Assembly (NCBI RefSeq): GCF_055900595.2
Contig: NZ_CM148325.1
Direction: 5' to 3' (one strand)
Length of the DNA: 64,000 nt
Below, piece after piece: positions 59,260-64,000 of the stretch (positions within the stretch are counted from its first letter, which is position 1; each line of letters opens with the position of its first letter). Position numbers and translations under genes: made by a program. The notes beneath the pieces were generated by a model, which was not told the DNA's origin, ran no database searches, and saw only the letters and a list, made by a program, of their open reading frames with translations.

Positions 59260-59319
59260 AGTTTCTCTCCGATTTGTGCCTGTCGCCTGAGGCCGTAATT
59301 ATCGTCGACCTCATAAAAA

Positions 59320-60582
59320 TTAAAACTCTTTTCGCAGCCAACTATTGAGTCGCTTGATCCACGAGCCAACTGATGCTGTAACACGTTTTTCTACTTCAGC
59401 TTCACCGTTAAGATGTGACTCTTTCCCATAGTGAAGCAATCCCACCGCCGTCGAATAATACGGCTCCTGAGCATAATCCGTTAAACCGGTAATGTTCAGC
59501 GGCGCGCCGATACGCACTTGCGTATGAAACACGCGCTGAGCACAGGCTGCAAGACCTTCGATCTGCGCTGCGCCACCAGTTAAAACAATGCCTGCCGCCA
59601 GGTGATGTTTAACCCCTTGTTGGCGAAGCTTTTCCTGCAACTGCAATATCTCTTCGTTGACCAGGTTGAGCAGCTCGGTATAGCGCGGCTCGATCACCTC
59701 TGCCAGGGTCTGACGTTGCAGACTCCGCGGTGGACGACCGCCTACGCTCGGCACTTCCACGCTCTCATCTTTTCCAACGATGGAACCCAGCGCACAACCG
59801 TGGCGAACTTTAATCGCTTCGGCGTCGCTTGGCGGCGTGCCAAAGGCGTAAGCGATATCACTGGTCACGACATTGCCAGCATAAGGAATTACCTTAGTGT
59901 GGCGCAATGCCCCACCGGTATAAACGGCGATATCCATTGTACCACCACCGATATCGACGACGCAGACACCCAGTTCACGTTCATCTTCCGTCAATACCGA
60001 ATAACTTGATGCCAGTCCGGCAAATATCAGTTGGTCAACTTTCAGCCCACAACGTTCAACCGCTTTGACGATGTTTTTCGCCATATCGTTGTGACATGTG
60101 ATCAGGTGCACTTTTGCCTGCATCCGCACGCCCGAAAGTCCTACCGGATTCTTGATCCCTTCCTGATAGTCAATCGCATACTCTTGCGGGATCACATGCA
60201 GCACACGATGCTCATCGCGCACACGCACTGATTTCGCGGTATGGACGACGTTTTCCACATCTTCTTGCGTCACTTCTTCTTCAGAAATAGGCACCATACC
60301 AATTTCATTCTGGCAGCTGATGTGCTTACCAGAAAGCGCCAGATATACCGAAGAGATCTGACAATCTGCCATCAATTCTGCCTGGTCAATGGCGCGTTGT
60401 ACGCACTTGACCACGGATTCGAGGTCGTTCACCCCGCCTTTATCCATACCACGCGACGGGCAGCTGCCCACGCCAATGATATTGACCATACCGTCGGGCA
60501 GAACTTCCCCTACTAAAGCGGCAACCTTCGCGGTACCAATCTCCAGTCCTACTACCAGTTTTCTGTCCGTCGCCTTGATCAT
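59320..60582 (-). CDS. ftsA: Cell division protein FtsA (actin-like ATPase)
   Basis: 420 aa, [27 protein letters not shown]... Confidence 0.95.
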   Translation of the reverse strand: MIKATDRKLVVGLEIGTAKVAALVGEVLPDGMVNIIGVGSCPSRGMDKGGVNDLESVVKCVQRAIDQAELMADCQISSVYLALSGKHISCQNEIGMVPISEEEVTQEDVENVVHTAKSVRVRDEHRVLHVIPQEYAIDYQEGIKNPVGLSGVRMQAKVHLITCHNDMAKNIVKAVERCGLKVDQLIFAGLASSYSVLTEDERELGVCVVDIGGGTMDIAVYTGGALRHTKVIPYAGNVVTSDIAYAFGTPPSDAEAIKVRHGCALGSIVGKDESVEVPSVGGRPPRSLQRQTLAEVIEPRYTELLNLVNEEILQLQEKLRQQGVKHHLAAGIVLTGGAAQIEGLAACAQRVFHTQVRIGAPLNITGLTDYAQEPYYSTAVGLLHYGKESHLNGEAEVEKRVTASVGSWIKRLNSWLRKEF

Positions 60583-61409
60583 TGTTGTTCTGCCTGTGCC
60601 TGATTTTGTTGCTGAGTAGATTCCTCTGGCGGCAAGGGCGCCCAGCCTACTGCCGCTCCAGAGTCATAACGCAAATCAACGTAGCTAATCCGTTTGCCAT
60701 CGGTTTGCGCCTGCTGCTGTAAAACCGGATAAAGTTCTACAAAGCGAGCCAAACGTTTCATCGTATCGCCCCGGCCAAGATTGAGCTTAATATCGTTATT
60801 CAGCGTCAACTGCCAGGAACGCCGCGCGGTCATCGCCGCTTCCTTCAGAGTAAATCTGTCCTTTGCCAGCATCTGCCCCATTTCGCGATAGCCCTGCAAC
60901 ACTTCATTGGCGCTGCCTTCCGGGCCATACAGCATTGGAAGCACCTGCTTGCTGGTGCGATCTGGCGGCACGCTGAAAGTGTTTCCTTCCGCGTCTACCA
61001 TATGTTGATCATTCCACCGCGCAATCGGCACATATTCAACCAGATGAATCTTCAATTCATCAGGCCACTGCTTTCTGACGCTCACCTGCTTAATCCACGG
61101 CAGGCGTTGTTCTATTTGCGTCTGGATGATGTTGACATCCTGGGTCATAAAGGTACCTGGCTCACCCAATGCCAGGATCGACTGCCGGATATCGTCATTA
61201 CGCGTGTAATGGCGTTCACCGGTCAACACCAGCTTTGAGAGCGGCAGGCGTTGCGCATCTTCCATCCAGCCCAACACGACCCAGCCGCTCACCAACACTG
61301 TCGTTAAAACGGTCAGCAGGAAAAGGATCCCCGCCAGACGCGTTCCATTATTGCGGCGAGAAGAAACCTCTTCTTCGCTGTTTCGCGTGTTCAGAGCAGC
61401 CTGCGACAT
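60579..61409 (-). CDS. ftsQ: Cell division protein FtsQ
   Basis: 276 aa with a single N-terminal transmembrane segment; overlaps ftsA by 4 bp. Confidence 0.95.
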   Translation of the reverse strand: MSQAALNTRNSEEEVSSRRNNGTRLAGILFLLTVLTTVLVSGWVVLGWMEDAQRLPLSKLVLTGERHYTRNDDIRQSILALGEPGTFMTQDVNIIQTQIEQRLPWIKQVSVRKQWPDELKIHLVEYVPIARWNDQHMVDAEGNTFSVPPDRTSKQVLPMLYGPEGSANEVLQGYREMGQMLAKDRFTLKEAAMTARRSWQLTLNNDIKLNLGRGDTMKRLARFVELYPVLQQQAQTDGKRISYVDLRYDSGAAVGWAPLPPEESTQQQNQAQAEQQ

Positions 61410-61410
61410 A

Positions 61411-63799
<2,389 letters not shown>

Positions 63800-63851
63800 T
63801 CTTTACGCCATTAACTTCTTACATTCATACGATGCAAAAGGCATCGCTACA

Positions 63852-64000
63852 ATTACGCCCGGGCAGCCCGGCTCACTTCATTTGCCACTCGCTCGGTGGC
63901 ATCCGGAATGGATGCAGCACGGGCGCGTTCTGCCATGGTTAATAAGGTTTCTCGCGACCACCCGGCCAGGGTGTTGGCGACTGCATCCACGCTAAGCTGT
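63852..64000 (-). CDS. murG: UDP-GlcNAc:undecaprenyl-PP-MurNAc-pentapeptide GlcNAc transferase MurG, C-terminal ~49 codons; 5' part beyond the window end
   Basis: Minus-strand frame open to the window end, terminating ...EVSRAARA-stop at 63852-63854, upstream of murC in the dcw order. Confidence 0.8.

Noticed and set aside
58117-59298. 393-aa plus-strand ORF
   Set aside because: Antisense to ftsZ; Arg/His/Cys-rich with no protein-like features.

Overview
This 64-kb window reads as ordinary, well-studied Escherichia coli-type core chromosome, and I did not find an undescribed system in it. It is collinear with the hrpB-to-dcw region of the K-12 map, in reverse-complement orientation. Gene order is hrpB (3' end cut by the window edge), ligT, sfsA, dksA, gluQ, pcnB, folK, the yadN-yadV-htrE-yadMLKC chaperone-usher fimbrial operon, panB, panC, rpnC(yadD), panD, yadE, yadI, yadH, yadG, can, hpt, gcd, cueO, yacC, speE, speD, yacL, acnB, yacH, lpd, aceF, aceE, pdhR, aroP, ampE, ampD, nadC, ppdD, hofB, hofC, guaC, coaE, zapD, yacG, mutT, secA, secM, lpxC, ftsZ, ftsA, ftsQ, ddlB, murC and the 3' end of murG. 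That is 57 protein-coding genes. I saw no rRNA, tRNA, CRISPR array, IS element, integrase or prophage remnant. Non-coding structure consists of REP/BIME clusters, two ERIC-like repeats, several hairpin terminators, and recognisable PdhR and CueR operators. The least characterised content, and the only places I would look for new biology, are the cryptic yad fimbrial operon with its 500-bp AT-rich leader, the yadE-yadI-yadH-yadG cluster, the repeat-containing yacH, rpnC, and the cryptic ppdD-hofBC type IV pilin genes. All gene names and products are assigned by recognising translated sequences and motifs from memory; no database search was run. Start codons are approximate where noted, and I could not verify strain-level differences from K-12.
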